Shown in pieces: positions 7,763 through 16,595 of a stretch of 31,623 bases of DNA; position 1 is the stretch's first letter, and every line of letters starts with the position of its first letter. Source of the DNA: a virus (Duplodnaviria > Caudoviricetes); the IMG/VR virus record IMGVR_UViG_3300044645_002700, positions 1 to 31,623 of that record; one strand, given 5' to 3'. The notes beneath the pieces are model-generated. The model searched no databases. It was not told where the DNA came from and saw only the letters and a program-made list of their open reading frames with translations. The position numbers and the translations under genes are program-made.

Positions 7763-8767
7763 TTAAATGTCAAACGGGGTGTCCGAAAAATTTACATGTT
7801 CTACTGTTGGACAATATATGGTAACCAAATCTCGAATGTGGTCCTTGAAGTCCTCCAAGTTAGTGAACTCTCTAATGTCATAACCATCAATTAATTTGAA
7901 GACTCCAACTTTTTCCAAAATATCAATTTTGTTGATGATTAAATCAGTAACACCATTGATGTTGGTTGCTTTCATTAAATCATCAATGTTCAACCAATTT
8001 ACTTGTCGTGGTCGACCAGTTGTTGCACCATACTCCTCACCAACCTCACGTATCTTATTAAAGATAGGGTCTTTTCCCTCGAAGTCTTTCGCCCCGACAT
8101 AAGTTCGATATGCTTTGGCAATTCCATAAACTCGGTTGATTGACTGGGGAGGCACACCATTCATAATTGCACTACCAACGGTGCAATGTGATGATGTAAC
8201 ATAGGGGTAATCACCCCAGTCAATGTCCAACTCGAATCCCTGAGCCCCCTCGAATAGAATTTGTGCATTTGGTTGATGTTGGTGGAATTCACGATAAATG
8301 TCAATGAGACAATCATCAGTATAAAAATCCTCAGCTCTTAGACCCTTACGGTCATATTTGTTACGATAGGTTGGACCATTTCCAGTTTTTGTAGTACCAA
8401 TCTTGGTGTCTTTGGAATCTTCCAAGATATTTTCAGGTGTAATAATGTGGACTCTCTTATCAATAAATAAGTTACCACGGACAACAAATCCCGCATTTTC
8501 CAATTCAGCAATTTCGATATCCAACTTGTCGGGGTCCACAACACAACCAGGTCCAATGATAGATTTAATCCCATACAATACACCCACAGGAATGTAATGT
8601 GTCACAAACTTTTTACCATTATGATATACGGTATGACCGGCATTTCCTCCTCCGTTATAACGAACAACGTGAGTGTAGTAATTTGGTTTTTTTGCCAAGG
8701 CGTGAGCAACTTTACCCTTACCTGTGTCTCCCGCTTGAAGGTCGACAATGATGTCTGCTTTTAACAT
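7763..8767 (-). CDS. purA: Adenylosuccinate synthetase (compact form)
   Basis: DLQAGDTGKGK, RYNGGGNAGHT, IGTTKTGNGPTY, FEGAQGFELDIDWGDYPYVTSS, EYGATTGRPRQVNW, NKIDIL. Confidence 0.95.
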   Translation of the reverse strand: MLKADIIVDLQAGDTGKGKVAHALAKKPNYYTHVVRYNGGGNAGHTVYHNGKKFVTHYIPVGVLYGIKSIIGPGCVVDPDKLDIEIAELENAGFVVRGNLFIDKRVHIITPENILEDSKDTKIGTTKTGNGPTYRNKYDRKGLRAEDFYTDDCLIDIYREFHQHQPNAQILFEGAQGFELDIDWGDYPYVTSSHCTVGSAIMNGVPPQSINRVYGIAKAYRTYVGAKDFEGKDPIFNKIREVGEEYGATTGRPRQVNWLNIDDLMKATNINGVTDLIINKIDILEKVGVFKLIDGYDIREFTNLEDFKDHIRDLVTIYCPTVEHVNFSDTPFDI

Positions 8768-8770
8768 ATT

Positions 8771-9037
8771 TTAGAATTTGGAAATAATTTGTCGGATGGT
8801 TTGTTCGTCTTCCGAAGAAATTTGTAAACGAATAATAGAAAGTTTGTTACACATTTCTTTCCATTCAAGTTCAGGGATTGATGGTAGATGGTCTTCAGGA
8901 ACAACTCCTTTCGGGGCGACTCTCACCACCCATCCATCTTCAACTAAAGCATCAATAAGTTCATCTGTTTCTCTTGTTGAAAGAGCGGACAAAAAATCAT
9001 CCACGTCAACGTCTACATAAGTTTCAAATTCAGGCAT
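8771..9037 (-). CDS. Hypothetical acidic protein
   Basis: 88-aa ORF tightly packed in the operon. Confidence 0.7.
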   Translation of the reverse strand: MPEFETYVDVDVDDFLSALSTRETDELIDALVEDGWVVRVAPKGVVPEDHLPSIPELEWKEMCNKLSIIRLQISSEDEQTIRQIISKF

Positions 9038-9039
9038 AA

Positions 9040-9228
9040 TTAAAAGTTTTCAGGTTCTGTCAAATCGAGTTGAAAATTTGCTAATTCACTATAAACAACC
9101 AACGAATATCCCGTTCCAAGTGGTTTGAATATGTATTGGAAGTCACCTGGCATTCCATAAACTTTCCTGATGGCATCTTGCCATTCTTCAAGTTTAACTC
9201 TTTGTGTTTCGGACATTTCAAATTTCAT
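9040..9228 (-). CDS. Hypothetical phage protein
   Basis: Start moved to MKFEMSE (9228) because the track's start lies inside the promoter. Confidence 0.65.
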   Translation of the reverse strand: MKFEMSETQRVKLEEWQDAIRKVYGMPGDFQYIFKPLGTGYSLVVYSELANFQLDLTEPENF

Positions 9229-9249
9229 CGTCTTCTTGTTTGGATACCA

Positions 9250-9280
9250 CAAATATACGGAAACTTTAAGTTATGTCAAA
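9250..9280 (-). promoter_or_regulatory. Bacteroidota housekeeping-sigma-type promoter
   Basis: Minus strand TTTG-acataacttaaagtttccg(19 nt)-TATATTTG, matching the -33 TTTG / -7 TAnnTTTG consensus. Confidence 0.75.
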
Positions 9281-9293
9281 AACAAATTCAAAA

Positions 9294-11360
9294 TTAATGA
9301 TGTAGAATTGTAACCATGAATGGATAACTTACCAATTGGTTATTCATTATGATACTCACCATACCATAATAAACACCATCAGGAACATTGCTTCCATCCC
9401 AATCGTTGTTATATTGAGAACTTTGAAAAACCGTTCTTCCCCATCTATTCTTAATAACGATTGGTCTATAATCATAAAGTAAAAGGTTTCTAATTATAAA
9501 ACTTTCATTAATACCATCTTGATTAGGTGTGACAACGTTTGGAATTGTTATCACAGGTGGTGCGGGTTGTGTACATTTAACCCAGTTACTTTCACTTAAA
9601 TAGGGTAGATTTTCAGCAACAACCTTGATATCATAATTTCCTACCTCTAAGGTATCTGAGACCATACAATAAGTGGTATCAACTATTGGTTGGTTATTCC
9701 ACTTAATCCATGTGTTCTGATAATTGATATAAACATCATATAAAGGAAACGCCCATCCATTATAGGAATTCCAAACTAAACAAACCGAATCACATTCTCC
9801 ATTTGATTGTAAATGAATCGAATGTATAGAATCCGACGGACCGAAAATAAAGTTATTGAATCTGAAATCTATTTTGTAATCGTAAGGTTGTCCATCAACA
9901 TTAGTTGCCATCAAATCATCATAGTACAAACGGTCCCAATCTGTAACTAATTGACGAAAAGCATATTGTGTTCCATCCCAACGGAAAATTCCATATCCTT
10001 GGAAATAGGTTGTATCAAAACTATTGGTGTCAATACTCCATTGTAACATTGTGTGATTATCATTAACCACCGTGACGTTTTCAAATTTCCAAACGGGTTC
10101 AAAACAATCATCAACAACAATAACCAAGGTGTCAAATTCATTCATGGCGATACCACACTTATTAACCAAAGTATTACCATCATTACCAGTTTTGGAATAT
10201 AGGAAATATCTTCCATTCACCAAAAGAGGATATTGAAGTATCACCGTAAGAACGGAACTCTCACCGTTAATATCACATTGAGGTACCAACTTCTTTATTG
10301 GTAAAGGTTGCCCCAAAGGATTTGTCAAACGAAAATCAGTTCCATCATCAGCAACAGATTCACAATCCAATTTGATTGCAAAATGTAAATCAATTGCCGT
10401 ATCACCACAATTGTAATCAACCGCAGGCAACATCGTAATTGAATCCAAGTATTGACCTGGATAGTTGTAGTCCAATTTGACTCCTTGCATTGCCAAGGGA
10501 GAGCAGTTAGCTGAAATACCAATCATCATGTCCCTTGATGCCGAACCAACCTGATACCAAACACCCCATAAAGAATCGAAACGATATTCACTAATTTTGA
10601 TTGCCAATACATCAATTTCTTGTTGTGTGGGTTTGAACGAAATGGTTCCAGTCTTGGGGTTAATCGTAAAATATTGCGATGTCACAGGTTGGTTTACACT
10701 ATATCCTGGGTCAAATGGAATATTGGTTTGATTTGGGTAGGCATTCTCACGACAGGCAATTAATTGATAATGAATACTATCACCATCATATTCCACACTT
10801 TTCTGAGCCCAATTGAAGCTGTTATTTACACAAAAGGCACGTACTGGTTCTGATATGAATATTGGTGATGAGTTGTTACCAAGAGTGTTATCCAAGTCAG
10901 CATCGAAGAAGAAACCATCATTCCCCAAGGTACCATTGGATGTAAATATGTTAGTTATGTTTCCTGGTCTACAGCAGTTATCATACCAAAACTTAAAAGT
11001 AGGACAAGTTCCCGGTAGAACAACATATCCTCTATAAAGATAAATTTCCAAAGTTTTTGTAGATGGAGAGCCAGGAGTAACACAATCAAAAAGTGTCGGT
11101 GCAACAGTTCCAGAACCAGCCATCAAATTCATGTTTATGGTTTGATTTGCATAACAACCAGAACTGACTGTAACAATATCTGTTGTTGGCATCGCAATAC
11201 CCGTAACATCACGGTATACCCTTAATAATACTTTGTAGTGATTTGGAATTCCCGTTGAATCTCCAATGTATTTGTATTGGATGTCTCCACCTGCTAAGTG
11301 GGAAGCAAACGATGTTATAGACATCAAAGTCATAAACATCAAAAGAATAAATTTTTTCAT
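9294..11360 (-). CDS. Secreted protein with a T9SS type B (gliding-motility-associated/CHU_C) C-terminal sorting domain
   Basis: Signal peptide followed by ASHLAGGDIQY, and NCCRP. C-terminus IPNVVTPNQDGINESF..IKNRWGRTVFQSSQYNNDWDG..VPDGVYY. Confidence 0.88.
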   Translation of the reverse strand: MKKFILLMFMTLMSITSFASHLAGGDIQYKYIGDSTGIPNHYKVLLRVYRDVTGIAMPTTDIVTVSSGCYANQTINMNLMAGSGTVAPTLFDCVTPGSPSTKTLEIYLYRGYVVLPGTCPTFKFWYDNCCRPGNITNIFTSNGTLGNDGFFFDADLDNTLGNNSSPIFISEPVRAFCVNNSFNWAQKSVEYDGDSIHYQLIACRENAYPNQTNIPFDPGYSVNQPVTSQYFTINPKTGTISFKPTQQEIDVLAIKISEYRFDSLWGVWYQVGSASRDMMIGISANCSPLAMQGVKLDYNYPGQYLDSITMLPAVDYNCGDTAIDLHFAIKLDCESVADDGTDFRLTNPLGQPLPIKKLVPQCDINGESSVLTVILQYPLLVNGRYFLYSKTGNDGNTLVNKCGIAMNEFDTLVIVVDDCFEPVWKFENVTVVNDNHTMLQWSIDTNSFDTTYFQGYGIFRWDGTQYAFRQLVTDWDRLYYDDLMATNVDGQPYDYKIDFRFNNFIFGPSDSIHSIHLQSNGECDSVCLVWNSYNGWAFPLYDVYINYQNTWIKWNNQPIVDTTYCMVSDTLEVGNYDIKVVAENLPYLSESNWVKCTQPAPPVITIPNVVTPNQDGINESFIIRNLLLYDYRPIVIKNRWGRTVFQSSQYNNDWDGSNVPDGVYYGMVSIIMNNQLVSYPFMVTILHH

Positions 11361-11404
11361 ACCAATAAGTATATGAAAAAATTTACAAACAATAAAAGTA
11401 AATT

Positions 11405-11995
11405 TTACCTCAAACCAACTTTTCTAAGAAAACTACGCCAATTTTCACGTCTTCTTCTACGTCTAACAAGTCTTGCTCTTGCTGCACCACCTTGACATCC
11501 CACAGATTTTGACGCCAATCTTGAGTAACCTCTTCTGTTACTACTTTTCATTCCACCAGCAATTGCTCCCAAAAACTTAAATAATTTTGATAAAATCGCA
11601 ATTGCAATTAGTCCAATCGCACCGTGAACCACAACTTTTGGAACTGCCATTCCAGCAATATTGACTGTTTGTTCAGTATAAGGGGTCCCTTGTTCTTGTA
11701 AATTTTTCATAGCAAGAACTTTTTTCAATTCATCTTTGAGTTGGTCTGCAGATAAAGAATTCAAACGTTGGTCCAATTGTTTGAATATTAATTTGGTCTT
11801 TGGGTCTTTAATCTCGGTACTTAATTCTTCAATTGAAGTTTCAGGACCTAACGTAGTCTCATCAAATTCTACTATACCCTCTAAGAAAGTATTCAACACA
11901 TCTATATCGTTGAACGTACATTCTTGTTCTTGGGTTTCAGCCTCAATAAGGTCTATTACTTTGTTGTACTGTGATTCTGTCAATTGTATTTTCAT
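11405..11995 (-). CDS. Hypothetical phage protein with one TM segment and an Arg-rich C-terminus
   Basis: True start is probably MKIQLTESQ (11995), 4 nt after TATTTAT. The longer track ORF runs through a terminator. Confidence 0.7.
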   Translation of the reverse strand: MKIQLTESQYNKVIDLIEAETQEQECTFNDIDVLNTFLEGIVEFDETTLGPETSIEELSTEIKDPKTKLIFKQLDQRLNSLSADQLKDELKKVLAMKNLQEQGTPYTEQTVNIAGMAVPKVVVHGAIGLIAIAILSKLFKFLGAIAGGMKSSNRRGYSRLASKSVGCQGGAARARLVRRRRRRENWRSFLRKVGLR

Positions 11996-12017
11996 ACAGA
12001 TAAATACATCAAAAAAT

Positions 12018-12046
12018 AAAAAACCCCCACCTTTTGGGTGAGGGTC
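12018..12046 (-). terminator. Intrinsic terminator
   Basis: Minus strand ACCCTCACC-caaaa-GGTGGGGGT-TTTTT. Confidence 0.75.
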
Positions 12047-12071
12047 CACAAAAACAAAAACAAAAAACACA

Positions 12072-12494
12072 CTAAACCATCTCGACCACTTCATTCATAA
12101 CGTAGGCTTTGGAATCCCAACTTTTCGCATTCACAACTTTGTATTGTTCTTGAGAGTAGAGTTCGGTATTCAACCAAAGTTGATTGATGGTTCCAACCTT
12201 CAAACCTTCCAAAATAGACAAGTCAACCAATTTGATTTTCTTTCCAACACGAGCAAAAACTGTCAACCAAAAATCTGAACCTTCGGCTTTGAACTCCACA
12301 GTCTGAAGGGCACCTTTCTCGTAGTTACCAAGTACCAAGGATGGATTCTCCGAGAATTGTTCGTTCTGCCAAGAAGGAGATTCATTGATGGTAACAAAAC
12401 CTGCTTTAACTTTTACTACGAAACGGAACTGACCTTTTTGACCTTTGATGAAGTTTACCGTGCGAAGGTTGGTGATGTTAACTACTTTGGACAT
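12072..12494 (-). CDS. Hypothetical phage protein
   Basis: Start probably MSKVVN (12494), downstream of the duplicated promoter. Confidence 0.7.
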   Translation of the reverse strand: MSKVVNITNLRTVNFIKGQKGQFRFVVKVKAGFVTINESPSWQNEQFSENPSLVLGNYEKGALQTVEFKAEGSDFWLTVFARVGKKIKLVDLSILEGLKVGTINQLWLNTELYSQEQYKVVNAKSWDSKAYVMNEVVEMV

Positions 12495-12523
12495 TCGTGT
12501 TGGGTTATTGGTTATTAACACTA

Positions 12524-12554
12524 CAAATGTACGGCAAAGTTTTGGAATAAAAAA
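12524..12554 (-). promoter_or_regulatory. Host-type promoter; copy 1 of a 31-bp exact repeat
   Basis: Minus strand TTTTTTATTCCAAAACTTTGCCGTACATTTG containing TAnnTTTG; identical to 14471-14501. Confidence 0.7.
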
Positions 12555-12579
12555 CCCCCATTTTATGTGAGGGTGTAAA

Positions 12580-12954
12580 TTATTGTTTGTTGAAGGTCAG
12601 TGTTATATTTCCACCATTTTCAAATTCGTTCCACTGAAGAAGTGTTTCTCCTCCGTTTGATGTCTGAGTCCATTCCTTACCGTTTGCATTTGCTACCATC
12701 TCAATGGTTTGGTCGTTGTCGGCCATCCATCCACGGTCCACATAGACTCCCGCCTCAGGTCCAAACGACAAGTTACCTTGCATATACCATACATTCTGTT
12801 CAACCCAAAACAATAGACTCTTGGTGTTATGAACCTCAGTTGAAGACCAACTGAATGTTGAGTTAGGAACCATGGTGGTATTACCAGGACCAACACCATC
12901 TATGGTTAAGTTGTACCCTGTGTTATTGTTGATTGTAATGTTTACTTGCCACAT
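12580..12954 (-). CDS. Hypothetical beta-rich protein
   Basis: 124 aa, rich in Asn/Thr/Trp, with alternating beta-strand patterns. Confidence 0.7.
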   Translation of the reverse strand: MWQVNITINNNTGYNLTIDGVGPGNTTMVPNSTFSWSSTEVHNTKSLLFWVEQNVWYMQGNLSFGPEAGVYVDRGWMADNDQTIEMVANANGKEWTQTSNGGETLLQWNEFENGGNITLTFNKQ

Positions 12955-12966
12955 ATGAAATGATTT

Positions 12967-13854
12967 TTATCTCTTTATTATTAATATTTCATGAGAGTCT
13001 TTACTATTAGTTATACCAGCCTCTTCTCGGTTTTTACCTATCCTTTTTTCACCATTACCCATTGAATAGTTCCACTTGGGGAAAACCTGTTCAAAATCTT
13101 TATAATATTCTCTAATGGTTTCACAATTATTGTAAGATAACACAAATTTACCTTTGTGTTTGTGAAGTAGGTCACGGAGTAATTCGTGATTGAATCCATC
13201 ATGATGAATTGGAATGTTTCTCATAGGATAGATTCCTGTAAACATTTTATTGTCTTTATCTTTTTCCAAGTAATATGGTGGGTCTAAATAAAGGGAATCA
13301 TGAACGTGATTAGGTAAGACACTCTCGAAACTAGATTGTTTAACACTTAGTGTAGCTACTGAAAAATTCTCAATATTTTGAATCATTTTATCCCACTTGT
13401 TTTTCTTCAGGTATACTGATGAACCCCAACCTAAATATCCAGGACCATATGAAGTATTGTGATTGAAATAATAAAATGCCGCAGCAGTAACACTGTCTAA
13501 TTCAACGACATCATCTCGTTTATAATGGTCAGTTTTCCAATCTTTTAACATTTGTTGGGTGTTATCCCATTTCATCAAAATCTCTTTAATTCTATGGTAT
13601 TCTTCTGAAGTTGGTTGTATTTCCTTGAGTTTTTTTACCAATTCAGTTTTATTTGTTTGAAGAGTCTGCCAAAAATTAACCAAGACATCAAACAAATCGT
13701 ATCCGATGACTTCAATACCTTTGGAGGCCCAATTGACTTCCAAAGAACCTCCACCCATGAAGGGTGAAACAATCTTTGTTTCTTTATCCAAATAAGGTGA
13801 AATAATTTTTATTGCCTTACTCTTTCCTCCTGCGTATCTTATTGGTGTTTTCAT
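12967..13854 (-). CDS. Dam-like (alpha class, D12) N6-adenine DNA methyltransferase
   Basis: RYAGGKS, SPFMGGGS, YLDPPY, FVLSYN. ATG at 13854. Confidence 0.92.
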   Translation of the reverse strand: MKTPIRYAGGKSKAIKIISPYLDKETKIVSPFMGGGSLEVNWASKGIEVIGYDLFDVLVNFWQTLQTNKTELVKKLKEIQPTSEEYHRIKEILMKWDNTQQMLKDWKTDHYKRDDVVELDSVTAAAFYYFNHNTSYGPGYLGWGSSVYLKKNKWDKMIQNIENFSVATLSVKQSSFESVLPNHVHDSLYLDPPYYLEKDKDNKMFTGIYPMRNIPIHHDGFNHELLRDLLHKHKGKFVLSYNNCETIREYYKDFEQVFPKWNYSMGNGEKRIGKNREEAGITNSKDSHEILIIKR

Positions 13855-13902
13855 CAATATAAATATATTAACTTATTTTCCACAATCAATTATGACCAGT
13901 TG

Positions 13903-14466
13903 TTATTTTTTTTCCTTTCTTTTTTTTGTCATAGTATTATTTACCAAATTCCAAGATTCTACCAATTTAATATCCCACTCTTCACCATTTTCTTGGAAAT
14001 TCCATTTTGGGTATCTTCCGCATTTCATTTTATAGTCTTCTTTACAAGTATTCTCAATTTCCTTGAAATCGATATTGACCAATTTTTTTTCAACACCAAA
14101 CAATCCTGGGACTTCGGCGATTACTTTTGTAGAAACAATCATATAAATTTCTACAACGTTTCCCTTCTCCAATTCATCATGAATTAATACATGAATTCCA
14201 TGAGTCCTCAAAGAGGGTCCTCCGGTGAAAGCAGAATTCTGATACCAATTGAAAGTACCTTTAATTCCTTTAGAGTCTTGTGAACCACCAATTTTGTAAA
14301 TATTACCATTAACAACAATAAAATAAACTCGACCATTATTTTGTGTTAGTTGTTTACCTAATGACACATTCCACTCTACAATCCATTTTTTACTCTTGTG
14401 AATACAAGACTTGATGTTACCCACTTTTATTGCGGTTGAGACTTTATCTATAGAGAAATGTTCCAT
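13903..14466 (-). CDS. GIY-YIG-like endonuclease, probable restriction enzyme partner of the adjacent MTase
   Basis: GRVYFIVVNGNIYKIGGS, later EIE..YPKWNFQE. Start moved to MEHFS (14466). Confidence 0.6.
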   Translation of the reverse strand: MEHFSIDKVSTAIKVGNIKSCIHKSKKWIVEWNVSLGKQLTQNNGRVYFIVVNGNIYKIGGSQDSKGIKGTFNWYQNSAFTGGPSLRTHGIHVLIHDELEKGNVVEIYMIVSTKVIAEVPGLFGVEKKLVNIDFKEIENTCKEDYKMKCGRYPKWNFQENGEEWDIKLVESWNLVNNTMTKKRKEKK

Positions 14467-14470
14467 AGTC

Positions 14471-14501
14471 CAAATGTACGGCAAAGTTTTGGAATAAAAA
14501 A
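14471..14501 (-). promoter_or_regulatory. Host-type promoter; copy 2 of the 31-bp exact repeat
   Basis: Identical to 12524-12554. TACATTTG ends 4 nt before the ATG at 14466. Confidence 0.7.
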
Positions 14502-14532
14502 ACCCACTATACTTGGAAAATAAATTTCCAAA

Positions 14533-15162
14533 TTAAGATGTATAAATTGGATAATTCGATAAATCAGGATAAGGGAGTTCTATGTCCGGATTGGATTTTT
14601 TTCTTCCATCGTAGTGATAAAACTGTGCCATCATTAGAACACCTCTTGTGGCGAGTTCAGGAATCATATAAAAATTCCATCCCAACATATCAAAATTATC
14701 TTCGTGATAAGAACATTCATTTCTTCCACTGTATCGAGCCCTTTTGAACCAAAGATAAGCGTCATGGTCATCTGTTAATATCGCACCACCCTTTGATAGT
14801 TTGAGATGTTTATAAGGTCCTGTAAATGATATACACATGTGAGTATTTGGAATATACATGTCTGAAGTAAATCTCAGAGCACTATCCCAAACTTTTGTTG
14901 GTTTTAATTGATAAGCACCTTTTAACGTATTTCCCTCACTTTTTTCGAAATTAACTTTACCACCCGCATGTATTATTTCACATGGTACGGAGGGATAAGT
15001 TCTTGAGGGGATTGATATTTGTTTACCCGTAATTTTTTCATAATATAAGGATAAAAATAATGCATTTGATTGATTATCTAAAGCAACCGCATAGGGTGCT
15101 CCAGTATAATCACACAACAATCGTTCGAACTCTTCAGTAATTTTATAAGCCCCGTTAGCCAT
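14533..15162 (-). CDS. DegT/DnrJ/EryC1/StrS-family PLP aminotransferase (short form)
   Basis: FERLLCDYTGAPYAVALDNQSNALFLSL, PSRTYPSV, WDSA, SFTGPYKHL..KGGAILTDD, GWNFYM. Start MANGAY. Confidence 0.85.
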   Translation of the reverse strand: MANGAYKITEEFERLLCDYTGAPYAVALDNQSNALFLSLYYEKITGKQISIPSRTYPSVPCEIIHAGGKVNFEKSEGNTLKGAYQLKPTKVWDSALRFTSDMYIPNTHMCISFTGPYKHLKLSKGGAILTDDHDAYLWFKRARYSGRNECSYHEDNFDMLGWNFYMIPELATRGVLMMAQFYHYDGRKKSNPDIELPYPDLSNYPIYTS

Positions 15163-15796
15163 TTTCTCTAACAATTTTACATGGTGAACCGTAAGCAACA
15201 ACATTATCAGGAATGTCTTTATTTACAACAGAACCCGCCCCAATGATTACATTCTTACCAATTTTTACCTCATGTAATACATTTGTACCCATTCCTATGG
15301 TCGTTCCTTCTCCCACGGTTACGTTCCCCGCAATGTTTACACCCGGATTAATCGAACAATAATCATTGATAATCGTGTGATGACCTATAGAAACGTTTCT
15401 ATTGATTGAAACAAAGTCTCCTAAAGTTGTGTGGGCTGCGATTGAAACCTTAGAGTTAATTAGTATACCCCGACCAAGTGTGCTGGTGTAAGAAAGGTCC
15501 AAACCAATATGAATGATATTGACAAACTTATTTATATCAGGACCAAGAATCTCAATAATTTTTTTCTTGTGTGACGGTTGATAGACACCCAAAACAATTT
15601 TTTCATAATCATGTATATTCAAATTGTTAAGTACTTTTATTTCGAACGCATCGTGGTGAAAAGTATTAATCAATGGTAAATCCAAATTGTTGTAGATGTG
15701 TATTTTTGGATTTATCCGATTCGTTGAATACAGATTATCCAAAATCATGGTGATAACATTATCACCCTTTCCTAAAACCAGTAATTTTGTTTCCAT
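15155..15796 (-). CDS. NeuD/PglD-type sugar O/N-acyltransferase (hexapeptide repeats)
   Basis: Left-handed beta-helix repeats, IGHH, IGAGSVVNKDIPDNVVAYGSPCK. Confidence 0.88.
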   Translation of the reverse strand: METKLLVLGKGDNVITMILDNLYSTNRINPKIHIYNNLDLPLINTFHHDAFEIKVLNNLNIHDYEKIVLGVYQPSHKKKIIEILGPDINKFVNIIHIGLDLSYTSTLGRGILINSKVSIAAHTTLGDFVSINRNVSIGHHTIINDYCSINPGVNIAGNVTVGEGTTIGMGTNVLHEVKIGKNVIIGAGSVVNKDIPDNVVAYGSPCKIVRENG

Positions 15797-16595
15797 ACCC
15801 TTTTTCTTTTAACTCAACAGATGTGTATTGAACCAAATTTAATTCGTTCATTATCCTATGAACACGTTTAAGTAGTTCTACGTTTGTGGTCTTTTCTTTA
15901 TTTTTGAAGTAGAGATTATCCTCTAAACCTATCCTAATTCCATCGAAGTCCAACAAACCATGTGTGGTGCTTTTTAATTGTTGGGAACCTATTCCTCCCA
16001 AGCAAGTAAATGAATTTGTTGGTAGATTATTCTTGATAGTTGCCAAAGTATTCAAATCGCATTGCGAATTATAAATATTTCCCAAAATAACATTAATATG
16101 ATGTGGAGGTTTTAGTATGTTTTTTGAAATAAGATAGTTTGTGTAATTCAGCATTCCTGAGTCAAAACACTCTATTTCTGGTTGAACACCATATTTGTCC
16201 ATTTCGTTAATCAACGACAGAATCATTTCAGGTTGATTAATTGACGCACCCGTGGGAAAATTCAGTGACGACATAGTCAGTGAACCCATGTCTGGATGTA
16301 ATTGTAAAACTTCAGACCTTTTTTCTAACTCAGGAAAGTTTCTACCTGTTAGTGAAACACAAATCAACAAATCGGGACAATATTTTTTTATCCCTTCCAT
16401 AATTTTTTGATAAACTTCTTTTTTATATGTATTTTCTAATGTTATTTCATCTCGCGCATGCAAATGCACTATTGAAATCCCCAATTCCTCAGCCATGTGG
16501 ACCTCCTCTATAATTTCATTTGGAGTTAAAGGTGCAAAAGAATTTTGTCTATTAGTTTGAGTACCTGTAGGAGTAAAGTTAATAATTTTTTTCAT
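15762..16595 (-). CDS. BKACE family (3-keto-5-aminohexanoate cleavage enzyme-like, DUF849)
   Basis: FTPTG, P.TPNEI, VHLHARD, PDMGSL, PEIECFD, RIGLEDN. Confidence 0.88.
   Translation of the reverse strand: MKKIINFTPTGTQTNRQNSFAPLTPNEIIEEVHMAEELGISIVHLHARDEITLENTYKKEVYQKIMEGIKKYCPDLLICVSLTGRNFPELEKRSEVLQLHPDMGSLTMSSLNFPTGASINQPEMILSLINEMDKYGVQPEIECFDSGMLNYTNYLISKNILKPPHHINVILGNIYNSQCDLNTLATIKNNLPTNSFTCLGGIGSQQLKSTTHGLLDFDGIRIGLEDNLYFKNKEKTTNVELLKRVHRIMNELNLVQYTSVELKEKGYGNKITGFRKG

Noticed and set aside
1-11360. Bacterial chromosome origin for the metabolic genes
   Set aside because: The genes are compact, lack their usual operon partners, are interleaved with phage-type hypotheticals and share the TATTTAT motif with phage genes. 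This is not formally excluded, since no capsid or terminase gene is in the window.
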